NCBI GenBank assembly: GCA_043228905.1
Contig: JBHGNT010000010.1
Coordinates: 9,920,001 to 9,984,000 of the forward strand
Source of the DNA: Azolla caroliniana
Lineage: Eukaryota; Plantae; Polypodiophyta
DNA: 64,000 bases
Direction of reading: 5' to 3'
The notes beneath the pieces are model-generated. The model was not told the DNA's origin. It did not search any database and saw only the letters and a list, made by a program, of their open reading frames with translations. The position numbers and the translations under genes were made by a program. Shown piece by piece: positions 35,286 through 48,192 of this stretch. How positions within the stretch are numbered: the stretch's first letter is position 1; every line of letters starts with the position of its first letter.

Positions 35286-38200
35286 TGTAAAGAGTGAAAG
35301 GTGTAGATGGTGTTATGCAGCGGAAGTGAGCTTTGCATGTGAGTGTGTGTGCCCGTGATGCAACAGAGAGAAAGAGAGAGAGAGAGGGAGAGCTCTAAAT
35401 AGGAAAACTATATATTACATCCAACAATTACTCGGTTACAAAGGGTTGGTTTAAATACCAACTAGTCTAGGGCAAATGCCCTTTCTACTAATTACAAATC
35501 TATCCTAGTAAGTTGTCCACTAACTAGTGTGAACATTGTCCCTATGAGAAGTTGAGTTCGATTCTCAAAACGACCGAAAGAGAGAGAGAGAGGGAGAGCT
35601 CTAAATAGGAAAACTATATATTACATCCAACAATTACTCGGTTACAAAGGGTTGGTTTAAATACCAACTAGTCTAGGGCAAATGCCCTTTCTACTAATTA
35701 CAAATCTATCCTAGTAAGTTGTCCACTAACTAGTGTGAACATTGTCCCTATGAGAAGTTGAGTTCGATTCTCAAAACGACCCTTCGAACACAGCTTCCGG
35801 ATGTCGAAAAGTTGGTTCGGTTCGATCCTTGAAAAGCTTTGATTCGGCTTCAATTGTTCGATTCGCCGTGTTCGGCCATTCGAATGTTTGTTCGTACTTC
35901 GACTCCTTTGGTCGGTTTCGATCGATCGGTTACTGTTCGGTGTCAACGGCTTTGATCGACTGATCGGTTACTGTGCGGTGTGTTCGGTGTCAGTTGTTGT
36001 TGTATTCCCCCTCAATCTCGGCAATGTAGAGATCGTGAGACCGAGGTTTGATGTGAATTGCCCGAGCTTTTCAATGGCTAAGGCCTTCGTGAAGATATCA
36101 GCAACCTGGGGGTGCATACTTATATGTTGTAAATCGATTTCTCCACCCTGAACTCGCTCGCGAAGGAAGTGATAGTGCACTTCGATGTGTTTAGTCTGCG
36201 TGTGGAATACCGGGTTCTGAGCGAGATAGATGTTGCTCATGTTGTCGCAGTAGAGGCGAATTGGATCCATGATGGGAATGCCCAAATCCTTCAAGATGCA
36301 TTTGAGCTAGGCATCTTCGCACTCGGTGACTACCGCACCCCTCTATTCAGACTCTGTGCTCGACAGTGCGACTCTTGGATGCTTCTTGCTACTCCAGGAA
36401 ATTGCTCTGATGCTGAGGGAGAAAATGAATATGGAGGTTGAATGTCTATCAGCCTTATAGCCTGCCCATGCGCGTCTGTGTACCCTTCGAGTCGAATAAG
36501 TGTATTTGACTTATACATGATGTCGTAATCCATCGTCGTACTAACATACCAAAGTATCCTCTTAGTGCAATTGAGATGATCATTTCATGGGTTCTGCATG
36601 AATTGGCTAAGTAGGCTGACTAAATAGTTGAGGTCGGGTCATATGATGGTTAGATAAATTAGGTTGCTGATCAATTGTCGATACTGAGTTGGCTCGCACT
36701 CGTTTGTGCTCGAATCGACATCGAGCTTGAGATTTCTATAGAGAGGGGTAGACACAGGTTTGCATTTGGTCATTCTTAACTTGTAGAGTAAGTTGAGAAC
36801 GTAGTGTCGTTGAGAGATCAATATCCTGACTAGTGTTCGAATTACTTTGATACCGAGGAAGTAATGGAGCTCATGCATATCTTTCATTTCGAATCTTTGG
36901 GATAGGAGTGATTTAACCTTATTGATCTCGGCGAGATCCTTTCCTCCGATGACCAGATCATCCACGTACAAGATGATGACAATCAGGTTGTTCGACTTGT
37001 TTTAGATGTATAAGGAGTTGTCCGATTTCAACATTCGAAAGCTGATTTGGTGAAGATGATGTGTGATCTTCGAGTGCCAAGCATGCGGTGCTTGCTTGAC
37101 GCCGTATAAAGGCTTCTTGAGTTGATAGACTACTGTTGAGTGTTTTGTCGATTCGAAACCGGGTGGTTGAACCATGAAGTCCTCCTCGTCTAAATCGCCT
37201 TGTAGGAAAGCGTTCTTTATGTCCATCTGATGGAGGTGCCACCCTTTTGCAGCCACGAGAGCAATAACTGTCTGAACAGTCGTCATCTTTGCCACTAGGG
37301 CAAAGGTCTCTTCATAATTGACTCCGTGTGTTTGAGTGTATCCCTTAGCTATGAGTCGTGCCTTGTAGCGATTTACTGAGTCGTCGCCATTGTATTTTAC
37401 CTTATATATCCTTCTACAACCGATCGCTTTCTTGTGTGTAGAATGGGGAACGAGATCCCATGTCTCATTTTTGCGTAGGGCCTGCATCTCCTCATTCATC
37501 GCGTCGACCCATCGCAGGTCCTTGGCGGTGTCGGAAAATGTTTTCGGCTCCCATATTGTCGCTACCTTCATCATAAAGGCATAGTGATATGCTATATATT
37601 CATCGTAGCCAAATCGGCTGACCGGGTTTTTGTCTCAGGTGGAGTGACGGAGCTTCTCGTTTTCAGAGGCTATGGTTTTCTTTGCTCCATTTGTTTGGAT
37701 GATCAGGATGTCAAGGCCTTCAAACTCACTATCGAGAGATTGAGTCGATTCGATTTCGATCGGATCTTCGTACTCCGGCATTTTGGCCTTCCCTTTGTCC
37801 GGGTTCGGACTCGACTGAGATGTGCTTCGATCGTTCGATGGCTCTTGTGGTCCACTCAATCGAGTTGTGATAAGACTTTCTTCGAACATGCGCCTGAGTC
37901 GATCTTCTTCTTCTGTCTCTTGTTGGGCCGATTCCAGGTCGATTCGGGTCAAAATCGAAGTCGTCTCTAGTTCGTACCAGGATGTTGACTTGTCGAAAAC
38001 GACATCTCGACTTATTCGGGTAGAAGGATTGTAACATTTTTACCCCTTTTGTTCTAACGAGTACCCTACGAGGATAGATTTCTGTGACTTCAGATCAAGC
38101 TTTTGTCGCTTTTCGTCGAGAATATGTACATAGGCGATTGAGCCGAATATCCGAACATGTGATAGGTCTGGCTTCTTTCCATAAAATTTCTCATACAAGG

Positions 38201-39941
38201 TAACCTCACGCATGCCGAATGTTGTACACCAGTTCATTAGATATACATCTGTGTTTGCCGCTTCTGCCCAGTACGATTTCGGCAGGTTCTTCTCGTTCAT
38301 CATTGCCTGTGCAACCTCTACTATATGTCGATTCTTCCATACATCTGAATGTACTACATTCAGGATCCCTTTGCTCACATTCCTCTCTTTCGGGAATGGA
38401 TGTCGGTGTTGTTTTCCGAATTGGCACGCCTCGCATGCACCCGTAATCTCCTTCTCGATAAAGCTTGGGAGTCCGATTACGACTCCTTGCGATTGCATGT
38501 TCTGGAGCTTTTGGAGATTAATGTGGCCAACTCGCTTGTGCCACAGTTTCAAGTCAATTTTGACTTTAAGACCTTTTGCATACATTGTTGACTTTACCTC
38601 GTTTGATTCGAGGATAAACATTCTGCCTTCTTCGCAACCGTGAGAGTTGAGGCAGCCTTCTTTTTCAATGAAGCACCCTTCATCATTGAACCACATTTGC
38701 ATCCCTTGTTTGACAATCTGGCCTACCGAGACCAGGTTTTTAGTGATGGTTGGGATATGCAAGACATTTTTGAGGTAGGTTTGTTTGTCGTCGTTCCCAA
38801 ATGGGATGTTTCCAATGTGCCGTATTGAATGAGTTGTGTCATCGCCTATTTTGACATAACCGGGCTGATCAGGCTTTCGTAATTCTCGGAACCAATCTTC
38901 ATGAGACGACAGAAGATTGGATGCTCCTAAGTCAACAAACCATATATTATCCGAAGTTGAGGTGCTCGTCTCACCTTGGGTCAACATCGAATGTGCTTTG
39001 AGCCACATCAATAACATTCCACCACGATCGTCGTAGTCGGAGTTCAAGGCGTAATTCATAAGTTGTCGGTCGGTCGAGGCTGACTCTCGCTTCTTCTTTC
39101 GGCATTCTTCTTCGTAGTGGCCGAGTTTTCCACAATACCTGCATTCGATCGGGTTGTTACGATTTCTTGGTCTGCTAGGGTGACTCCCCCTTCTGCCAAA
39201 ATCCCTAGGATTGTTCCTGTCTTCCTGCCAATGGTGTTGGTTACGCTCTTGCGTCAACCCATCGTGTCGACCTCATCCGAATCGGCCTCTATTTCCTCGA
39301 CCTTGTCCTCTTCCTCCATCGAGGTTCGAATAGAGGATCTAACCATCATGCGAATTGTTCCTCTGTCGGGCATGGTTTTCTTCCACCAATAATATTGATT
39401 GAAGGTCGAAAAAAGGTGGGTTCTCCCTTGTGAGAATGGCTGACTCGATTGCGCCGAAAGGCGGTGCTAAGCCGCTGAGGCATATTTGCACCATTTCCTC
39501 ATCGTCGATGATGACATTGATCGATCTGAGTGCATCACACAATTCCTTGATCTTCAAGGTATAGCCGGTGATCAACATATCCCTATGTTGCATGTTGCTT
39601 AGCTCCTGTCGAAGTTGGAGCTTTTGTGCAGCCGTATTAGCTGAAAAAATCTTCTTAAGATTTCCCCAAGCTTCTTTCAACGTTTTCGAATTGCAAATAT
39701 AGCCGAGCATGTGGTCATGAACACATGATGCAAGGCAGTACAACACACGCCTCACAGCTTGCTCCCACGTTGGGTAGTCGGCGTGTGTCAGGTTGGGTTG
39801 CATTTCATGATCTCCCTCGATGTAGCTCCAGTAACCTTGTCCAACAAGGTACTGATGCTACTCCCAAGATGAGAAGTTTGTCTTGTCGAGCTTCTCCGTA
39901 GGAAGAGCACTTCCCATCTGAGTATTCATGATGATTTCTTC
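35286..39941 (-). mobile_element. Ty1/copia copy A2 (3' LTR, RH, RT, INT, PR, gag), degraded; 5' LTR lost
   Basis: LTR begins TGTAAAG at 35286 and resembles 2961-3266; YVDD, QMDIKNAFL, LWHKRVGH, CEACQFGK, CRYCGKLGHYEEEC; integrase core deleted at ~38337 (VHSDVW joined to KNRHIVE). Confidence 0.88.
35370..35781. repeat. Perfect 206-bp tandem duplication of an LTR end
   Basis: 35370-35575 equals 35576-35781, beginning at a (GA)n run. Confidence 0.9.
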
Positions 39942-42440
39942 TCTACAAGGTTAAGTGAACCAACAACATCGGCTATTCGGAGACGGCCAGGCCAGTCAGC
40001 ACAACCGAATCCGAGTCGATCAACTTGGAGAGACCAACGGACTGTGAGTCAAAGTCGGCAGAGTTGCTATGGTCAATTGAAGAGTATGAGTTGGAGTCGT
40101 CCAACCTAGAGATGTTGATTGACGTGCAGGAACCCGAGCGAAGAGAAGAGTTGACAGAGACATGCGAAAGAGAGCCAACGAGTGGAAGGAGATACCCACT
40201 CAGATAAAGGAAAGCACTGACAACATATGCCAGTCAATACATCCTCTTGACTGATGAAGGTGAACCGGAGTGCTATGAAGAAGCCATTGCCGACGTGCAC
40301 AAAGAGAAATGGCTGAGCGTGATGCAAGATGAGTTGGAATCCTTGCACGAGAATTACACCTACGACCTAATAGAGCTGCCGAAAGGTAAGAGAGCACTCA
40401 GGAATAAATGGGTCTACAAGGTGAAGATTAGAGAAGCTGACAGTGAGCCCAGGTATAAAGCCCACATAGTGGTGAAGGGTTTTCAACAGAAAAAGGGCGT
40501 CAACTTCGACGAAATATTCGCACCAGTCATGAAGATGACATCCATTTGAACTGTTCTGAGTTTAGCGGCTAGTATGGACCTAGAGATCGAACAGTTGGAT
40601 GCCAAAACCACATTCTTACATGGGGAGCTAGAAGAAGAAATCTACATGCAGAAACCCGAAGGCTTTGGGGAGAAAGGGAAAGAGAACCTGGTGTGTAGAC
40701 TGAAGAAAAGCTTGTACGGTTTGAAACAAGCTCCACGCCAATGGTACAAGAAGTTCGAGTCCTTCATGATGGAACACCGGTTCCAGAAAACATAGGCCAA
40801 TCAGTGTGTGTTCGTCAAAAGGTATGACGAAGGAGACTTCTTGATTCTCTTGTTATATGTTGATGACATGTTGATAGTCGGTCAAGACACAAAGAAGATC
40901 AAAAGCTTGAAGAAAGCTCTAAGCAAGTCGTTTGCCATTAAAGACCTTGGATTGGCTAAACAGATATTAGGAATGCACATAGTTCGAGACAGAACTCAAA
41001 AGATGTTATGGTTGTCACAACAAAAGTATGTGACGAAGATCCTAGAAAGGTTCAACATGTCGGACGCAAAGCCAGTCGGCTCAGTGTTGCCAACAAATTG
41101 CAAGGATGAATGCGAAGCAGTGCCCGAAAGGGGAGAAGGAGAAGGCTGAGATGAGGAAGGTACCATATGCCTCGGCCGTTGGCAGTCTAATGTATGTTGT
41201 GGTTTATACTAGACCAGACATAGCATTTGATGTGGGAGCAGTAAGCTGATATATGAGTAATCTAAGAAGAGAACACTGGGCAACAATGGAGTGGATACTC
41301 ATGTACTTAAAGGGCACTTCGGGGGTGTGCCTAAGGTATGGTGTCAGAAAACCTATGCTAGAAGGTTTTACCGATTCGGACATGTCGGGAGATGTCAACT
41401 CGAGCCGATCCATGTCAGGGTACGTGATGACCTATGTAGGGGGAGTAGTGTCATGGCAGTCACGACTGCAGAAGTCTGTATCCTTGTCGACTACAGAGGC
41501 AGAGTATATGGCAGCAGTAGAGGCCGGCAAAGAGCTAATTTGGATGAGAAATTTTCTCAATGAATTAGGGATGAAGCAAAAGGAGTTCTTGCTTCACTGT
41601 GATAGCCAATTCGCTATACATCTTGCCAAGAATGTTGCGTACCACTCCCGGACCAAGCACATACAGAGAAGGTATCACTAGTTGCGGGAGAGAGTCGAAG
41701 AAGGAGAGTTTTCTCTGTGAAGATCCATACTGATGACAATGGATTCGACATGCTCATGAAGAACCTACCTATGGACAAACTTAGAGTCTGTCGACAGAAG
41801 ACAGGATTGACTGACTCCCTCCCATAGGAGTGAAGGGGGAGTTTGTTGGGAATATGTCCCTCCAGTGGGAGGAGGAGCCGACTGTCCAAGAGTAGCTGAC
41901 AGTCGATAACTACGAGGAGCCGACTGATCGGACCAAGGAGAGCCGACAGTCGAAGACAGGGAAGAACCGACAGTTCAGAAATAACCGACAGTTGAAGAGT
42001 CGAAAACAAAATCGATTGTTTTTCTAATAGGTTGATTATTATTATTGTAATGATAATAATAGTGATAATATGTAGTAGGGGCTACATGTGTATATAGCCC
42101 ATACAATGTATTAGTATAAATACATTTAGGGCAAACGTGTGCATGTGTGAGTAGAATAGAAGTAGCGCGTGAGCGTGTGAGATAGAGAGTGAGTGAGAGC
42201 GGCGCCATAGCTGTGTGTGTAACAGCAGACGCCAAGAGCCCTGCGTAGCTGATACACTCGAAGGAGTGTTGTAACATTCTATGCTGTATATCCACTATAC
42301 ATAGTGAAGCTCTATTCCCGTGGTTTTCTCCCGTTTTAGGGTTTCCACGTTAAATCTTTGTGCACCATTGTTGTCCTGTTTTTTGGCATATCTGTGATTC
42401 GTATTTCAGCACAGTTCGCTTATTGTGATTTGACTTAACA
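39942..42440 (+). mobile_element. Tnt1/Tork-like copia 3' half (RT, RNase H, PPT, 3' LTR)
   Basis: DEGEPECYEEA, LKKSLYGLKQAPRQW, YVDD, STTEAEY; PPT GAAGGGGGAG at 41832-41841; LTR 41844-42440 (TGTTGGGAA...TAACA) related to 33209-33724. Confidence 0.88.
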
Positions 42441-43199
42441 ATTTCTCAACAAAAATCACTATCCATTCTCAATTGATACTTAACTTGCTCATACAATTAT
42501 GCTAAAATTGTTCTATTATGATGGCATTCCGATCTTTCTCATTATTTTCCAAAGCTCGGTCCTTGGTACAATGACAAAGGATTTCTTGAAGTCCATAAAA
42601 CAACAACATAACGTTTTTCATTGAAGTTAACTTTCTGTCATGATAACTCTCAGTGTGACCTAGTGCTCGTTTACTATGATGTTCAAACCTTGGGCTAATA
42701 TTTTGTTTCATGATAGTGCTATAAAACTTGGCCATAATTGAGGTAACTATGATAGTATTATGAACATATACCAAAACTCCAAACTTATGATAAATATTTG
42801 AATCCAAACCCTATTCAAAGGAGAGGTATAACCTTAACTACTAAGAGAAATCATATCACCCATAATATTTTTATAGTTTTCATTAGATCACTAAGAATAT
42901 AAATGTAATATTATGAAATGTCGTTAGCTCGTATAGGCTAATGGATTTAAGGGGAACTTGCTTTTAACCATCAAAAGGGGGTCCTCCTTGGTCTTGATTG
43001 TTCACTAATGATGGCAACTAATGCACTTAAGACACCCACAGATTCCACATAGACAACATAGACAATCTCTGTACCAAGATTTTTCAAGATTTCTAGATAC
43101 TCAAGCATTGTCCAACGATGATTGACACCCACACTAGTAAAGAAGGAAGTAAATTTGATAAATGAATGAACATGATTTTTCTAAGAAACCTGCACAAAA

Positions 43200-43680
43200 T
43201 GCAAATAGTCAACCCAGTAATCTTGTTTGTAGTTGATGAAACAACGAATACATTGTTCTAAGGTTTGATCAAGATGTTCACTTTGACCATCGGTCTCTAG
43301 TTACAACTCGAAAAGAGTTTACAATCAATTTTGAGGAGTCCAAGCAAGTGTTTCTGAAATTTCGAGATGAATTGTGGGTCTCAATCACAATTGATGTCAT
43401 TAGGAAGACCACAATGCTGAAATAATTCACGCATAAGTAGATCTACTATCTCTTGACTATTGATAGTCTTTATGCATGGAAGGAAATGTGTCATCTTAGT
43501 GAACCAATCCACAATAGTAAGGTTCACTTCAAAACCTTTGGAAGATGGAAGATTTGTGATGAAATCCAATGACGTAGACCTTCATAGACCATCAAGAGTT
43601 GGTAAGGGTTGGAATAACCCATATGGTCGATGTCAAGGACATTTGGAGCGACAACATGCATCACAACTACAAATGTAGTT
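43200..43680 (-). pseudogene. Gypsy integrase remnant
   Basis: MDFITNLP...IVDWFTKMTHFLPC...CGLPNDI. Confidence 0.7.
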
Positions 43681-45005
43681 CTCAACGATGCCAAATTACT
43701 ATATTAAGAGTTTTGACGATGCCAAATTACAATATTAGTGAATGATCACTTGAATGATGACGATGGCTACCAAGATCAAGGAAACAACAGAAAAAAACAA
43801 CATATCACTCTAGCACTCAACCGTGTAGTTCTCCATCATCCATTGATTAACCTCATTGTGACCACCACCTGACATCACCAAGTCACTCACCATCACCATT
43901 GTAGAAGCTCATTAACATTAAGCAAATAAAATCAAGGAGGAAACAAGGAAAATTTTATGCGAAACAACCTAACCACCACCGAGTACACAGATTGATCAAA
44001 CATTGGATTAAGCAGGAGGAATATGTGTATGTAGTTAGGGTTTTGGCCCATTAACAAAGTCTCCACAAAGTAACTCTTGTCCCGTTCATCAAGGTTGCTA
44101 GCAGTCTTTCATAGGCTCAACCCTTAGGTCCTTGTCTATTCACACTTGACTACTTCATTACAAGCAATCAAGTGAAAAAATATTACCATAGTAGGATTGA
44201 AAAAAACTCAATCCTTACCCTTCATTCTTGATGAACTAGCCCACACCTACTAACCTTAAGCCTAGAGAACTATCATTCATTATTCCATGTGGTTACAATG
44301 GCTATGCTTGTAGCAACCCCTATACCAAAACAAAGTTACCTACTTCACAACCACAAAATCAAAGTGGCGATGGTCAAAGTCATGATTACATAGTTCAAGG
44401 AACATGACACATATCGAACTCCACATTCAAACCATCGTTTACATATTCACACCGATACACAAATTTCTCTAGTTGACACCCTAATGTGGACATCATTGTT
44501 TCCATGCATACAACCACACTTTTTGAGGACTCTCCTCTTTCTCTTGAGATTGTTTTAAATTAAAAGAAATTGGGGTGTTTAGTGATCTAAACTTGTCCAT
44601 TTAGGGTGTGATTTCTTTATTTGGATGTGCTTCAAATTGTTTTTTTTTGTCTTGAATTTCATTTTTTCAAATATTTTCCCTTAATTCATGGCACACATAG
44701 TGTGAGCTTACAAAAGACTCAATCTTAAATTTGAATTGTTGTATTAATCCCTGGTAGCAGCACCAAAAAGACATTATCTCTCTAGGAGTTGTACTTGTAA
44801 GTAGACCTTGGTTCATGTTTGAACTCATTAGTTAAGGTTGTCTTTTGGGGTTCCATGACCATGTGCCCTAATATTGGCAAGATGGGTGGAGGATGTTTTC
44901 TCAAAGTCCTTAAATCCTCAAAAAGCACGATTTGCTTACATGAATAAACCAAAAGACTCACAAACAAGACCAAAAATTAAACAAAAACTCTCACTTGGCA
45001 ATAAG

Positions 45006-45494
45006 TGTTAAGAGTCTATTATTAATCAATAGACCAATAAAGTAAAATAAGGTAAATAGATTGGATAGAAGAACCCGTTCCATTCGACCACCCTCGAGCT
45101 ATGATCAAGACATAGCCAACCTACCATTGATGTCCCATACCGTTGGATATTAGGATGACGAATACCTTGGAAGAGATAACATGATCGTCGTGACAAAAGC
45201 CTAGCCCGCACCACTGGTGTCTTAAGACGGCAACCTTCCAACGTAATGTCCTTATGAGGGTAGCTAGGCCTCATATTTATGTATACCTCTACCTAGGCCC
45301 TTGAATAGATATGCCTCTCTAAAAGACTCTCCATTCATAGGTTGTCAAGATCATGATAGTGCATGCACCTATCATTCATTCTATCCAATCACATTAGTCC
45401 CTTTCTAACATTAGCTAACATACTCTTCACTTATGTAAATATTGTCACAGGAGAAATCATAGATCCTACCAAATATTAGTGACCTACCCTCACA
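45006..45494 (-). repeat. Probable old solo LTR related to the 24-31 kb chromovirus
   Basis: Starts TGTTA; shares GAGGGTAGCTAGGCCTC(A/T)TATTTAT with that LTR; similar length; no clear TSD. Confidence 0.5.
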
Positions 45495-48192
45495 ATGTTA
45501 TGTGTGCATAACAACAAGAATCTTAATCGCTTCAACAAGATATAAGCCACAAATAAGAGTAAGAAGAACTAAATTTTATTAATGAGTTAACTTTGATCGG
45601 AAGAGTGACCATTAGATCTCAAGAGGAAACTGTAGATTAAATGTAAAGAGAAAACCTCTAAGGAGATTCAAAATGTGACCTTTTATACCTCTTTTACAAA
45701 AAACAAAATCCCTAAGACCATTTCACACATTATTAAAGAACCTCTAACTTTAAGTTAATTGTTGCATTTCTACATAAGTTTTTTATTCCTAGAGCATCTT
45801 ATGAGTACTTTAACACTTCCACTTGTGTTAGTATGTTATGTTGTTTGAGCTCATTTGTGTATGCCAAACAACTTGATCATCACAATCCTTCCAAATGTAA
45901 GGATGCACAAGCATTGAGAGGGTGGAATCTACATTTCATGCTCACAATCGTTCGGGGATAGTTATTTTGTGTTGCAACTTATTAAACACACAAATTTAGT
46001 TAGGTAGTAAGATTAGGATCTTAAAACTAGAGAATCAATTAGGTATTGGGCAAATGGTTGAAGCTTGTAGAAGTTTAGAGATATCTTAGAATCAAAATGA
46101 GTGAAGCAATAAGATTAGGATCTAAAAACAAGAGAAGCAATTAGAGATTTGGCAGATGGTAGAAGAATACGAATTTTGAATTCTCTTTTGCTTGCAATAA
46201 TAAAAGTGATAAAAAGGAAGATGTTCGACAAAGGAAAATGCCATATGTCAAAATCAGCAACAATGTGGGACATGTAGTTTTGTCCATGGAAAGAAGTAGA
46301 AACATGTCTTAGTCAAACTTCATTAGTCATGGACTAGTGTAAAGTTTGATTATTGTCCAATAGTGGAGAATAATGTGGATCTCTTTAGGAAGGTCCTAAG
46401 ACCTAAGAAGATAGAGAAGTTAATCTAGGTGCAAGCAAAAGAACATGAACATGGGTTTACCATTAGGGCTAATGACCGATTGTATTAAAGGGAATGTTAG
46501 AAATTGTCCTTGGGTTTGTTCCTCACTCTACTACCAAGTTGTAGCTATGCCAACTCTTTCAAGAGCCTGTAAGCCTTTTAGAACCATATGGCAATTATAG
46601 TATCAACAAGTATATTGGAAGTGGGACTCCTATTGTAGTGACACCATGATTAGTAACGTTGGAGAGAAGCTCACTACAAAAGTTTGAGATGCTCACCATT
46701 TGGATTCTTATGAGCTCTTATGCAAGTGGAACTCTATTAAGGTCATAAAGGAGTGAAGCATTTTAATGTTGTAATTGTAAGGCATATCATATAGTCTATT
46801 ATGAGGTTGTCAATTCATGACACATTTGTAGTTGTACATATGTAAGAGGTTGCATGCACAATTGGATGTAAAGTGATGGCCTCAATGCTTTTGGCATCTA
46901 AGTTTCTAGTACTCTCAAATTTGAAACATTAGTACTCCCAATTTTGAAACGTAAGAAAATGGCTAGTAAAATATTTCCTTACCTTAAAGCAACATTAGAA
47001 GTCATTCCTACAAAAGGCTAAAAGAACAAAGTCTCTTCAACCTTTGTAGAAAGAGGATAACAAAGATGTTAGGAGAAACGACCTATTAAATTAGAAATGA
47101 TTATGGCTAGGTCATGATGTAGGTTTATATCTTCAAGGACAATCATGATTCGTGAACAAATTATAATGTAGCATTACATGATGCAAAAGGCAGTAAGTTG
47201 AAACAAAAACATGTTCGAACTAATCAAAGAGGAGAATTTCTTTGAACTTAATTGGGGCATACAAATTCATTGGTGGCCTTCTACTAATGATACATGCTAG
47301 CAGGTGATTCCAATATGTACCTCTTATTTCATTTTTGTGTGAGCATGGTTTGTGGCATGTGCTATGCTGTGTATGCATAATGCAAATCCAAGGTTTCACA
47401 GTTCTCTAGACCAATAATGCACTTTATAACCACATGATGCACTTAAAACACAGTTTTGAGAAGAACAAACAACACTTAGCAAGTGTTCAAATGCCAGTAC
47501 CTTCACCCTAATACATGGGGTGATATCATCTTGCCCCACATGAGCATAAATCTAAAAGGAATTTCATTCCCTCTTATAAAAGAGAAATTGGACCATAATG
47601 TCTTTCAACATTGAAACTCTTAGTAGACATACATCAAACGTGGGCTCGAAATGTACAACCAAATCAACCAATTCACATTAATCAAGTAGAGGACAAAAGC
47701 ACATGGCTTCTAAGCTCTTCCAAAAGAAGGTCCCATGGTTGTCTTGGAAACATACAAAAGGAAACATCAGCATACAAAAAACATAAATATACTTAATCTG
47801 CATCAATATATTCACCATACATCAGAGTCAACACATTCAGCACTCTATAATTTGCTTCAAAGGCAAATATATTTACAGACAAACTGTTCCTCTATACCCT
47901 TTCTTTAATTTATGAAAGGAGCTTTTGTTATATATTGAAATCCTCGCATTTATATATATACAGATGTGGCAAATGAGATCAGATTCTCAAACAAAGAAAA
48001 TCAGAGAGATAGGCAAACTATGCTCAAATCCTTGTGCTTGTTGCTGCATATATTCAGCCAGCATCCTTACCGTGATTGCCTTCCCCTATTATATTCATTT
48101 TGCAGTTCACGCGTGAGGTACCATCCAATCATATAACAGTATGCTTGAATAATTTGATGATACTATGAGAACTATGATACACACAAGTAGTG

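Noticed and set aside
42441-42451. ATTTCTCAACA as the surviving end of the copia A2 5' LTR
   Set aside because: Only ~9 bp match and the flanks TCAAT/AAAAT are not a convincing TSD
45500-48100. Hidden gene or RNA gene downstream of RMR
   Set aside because: AT-rich, no long ORF, no convincing splice pattern or tRNA/rRNA motif visible by eye
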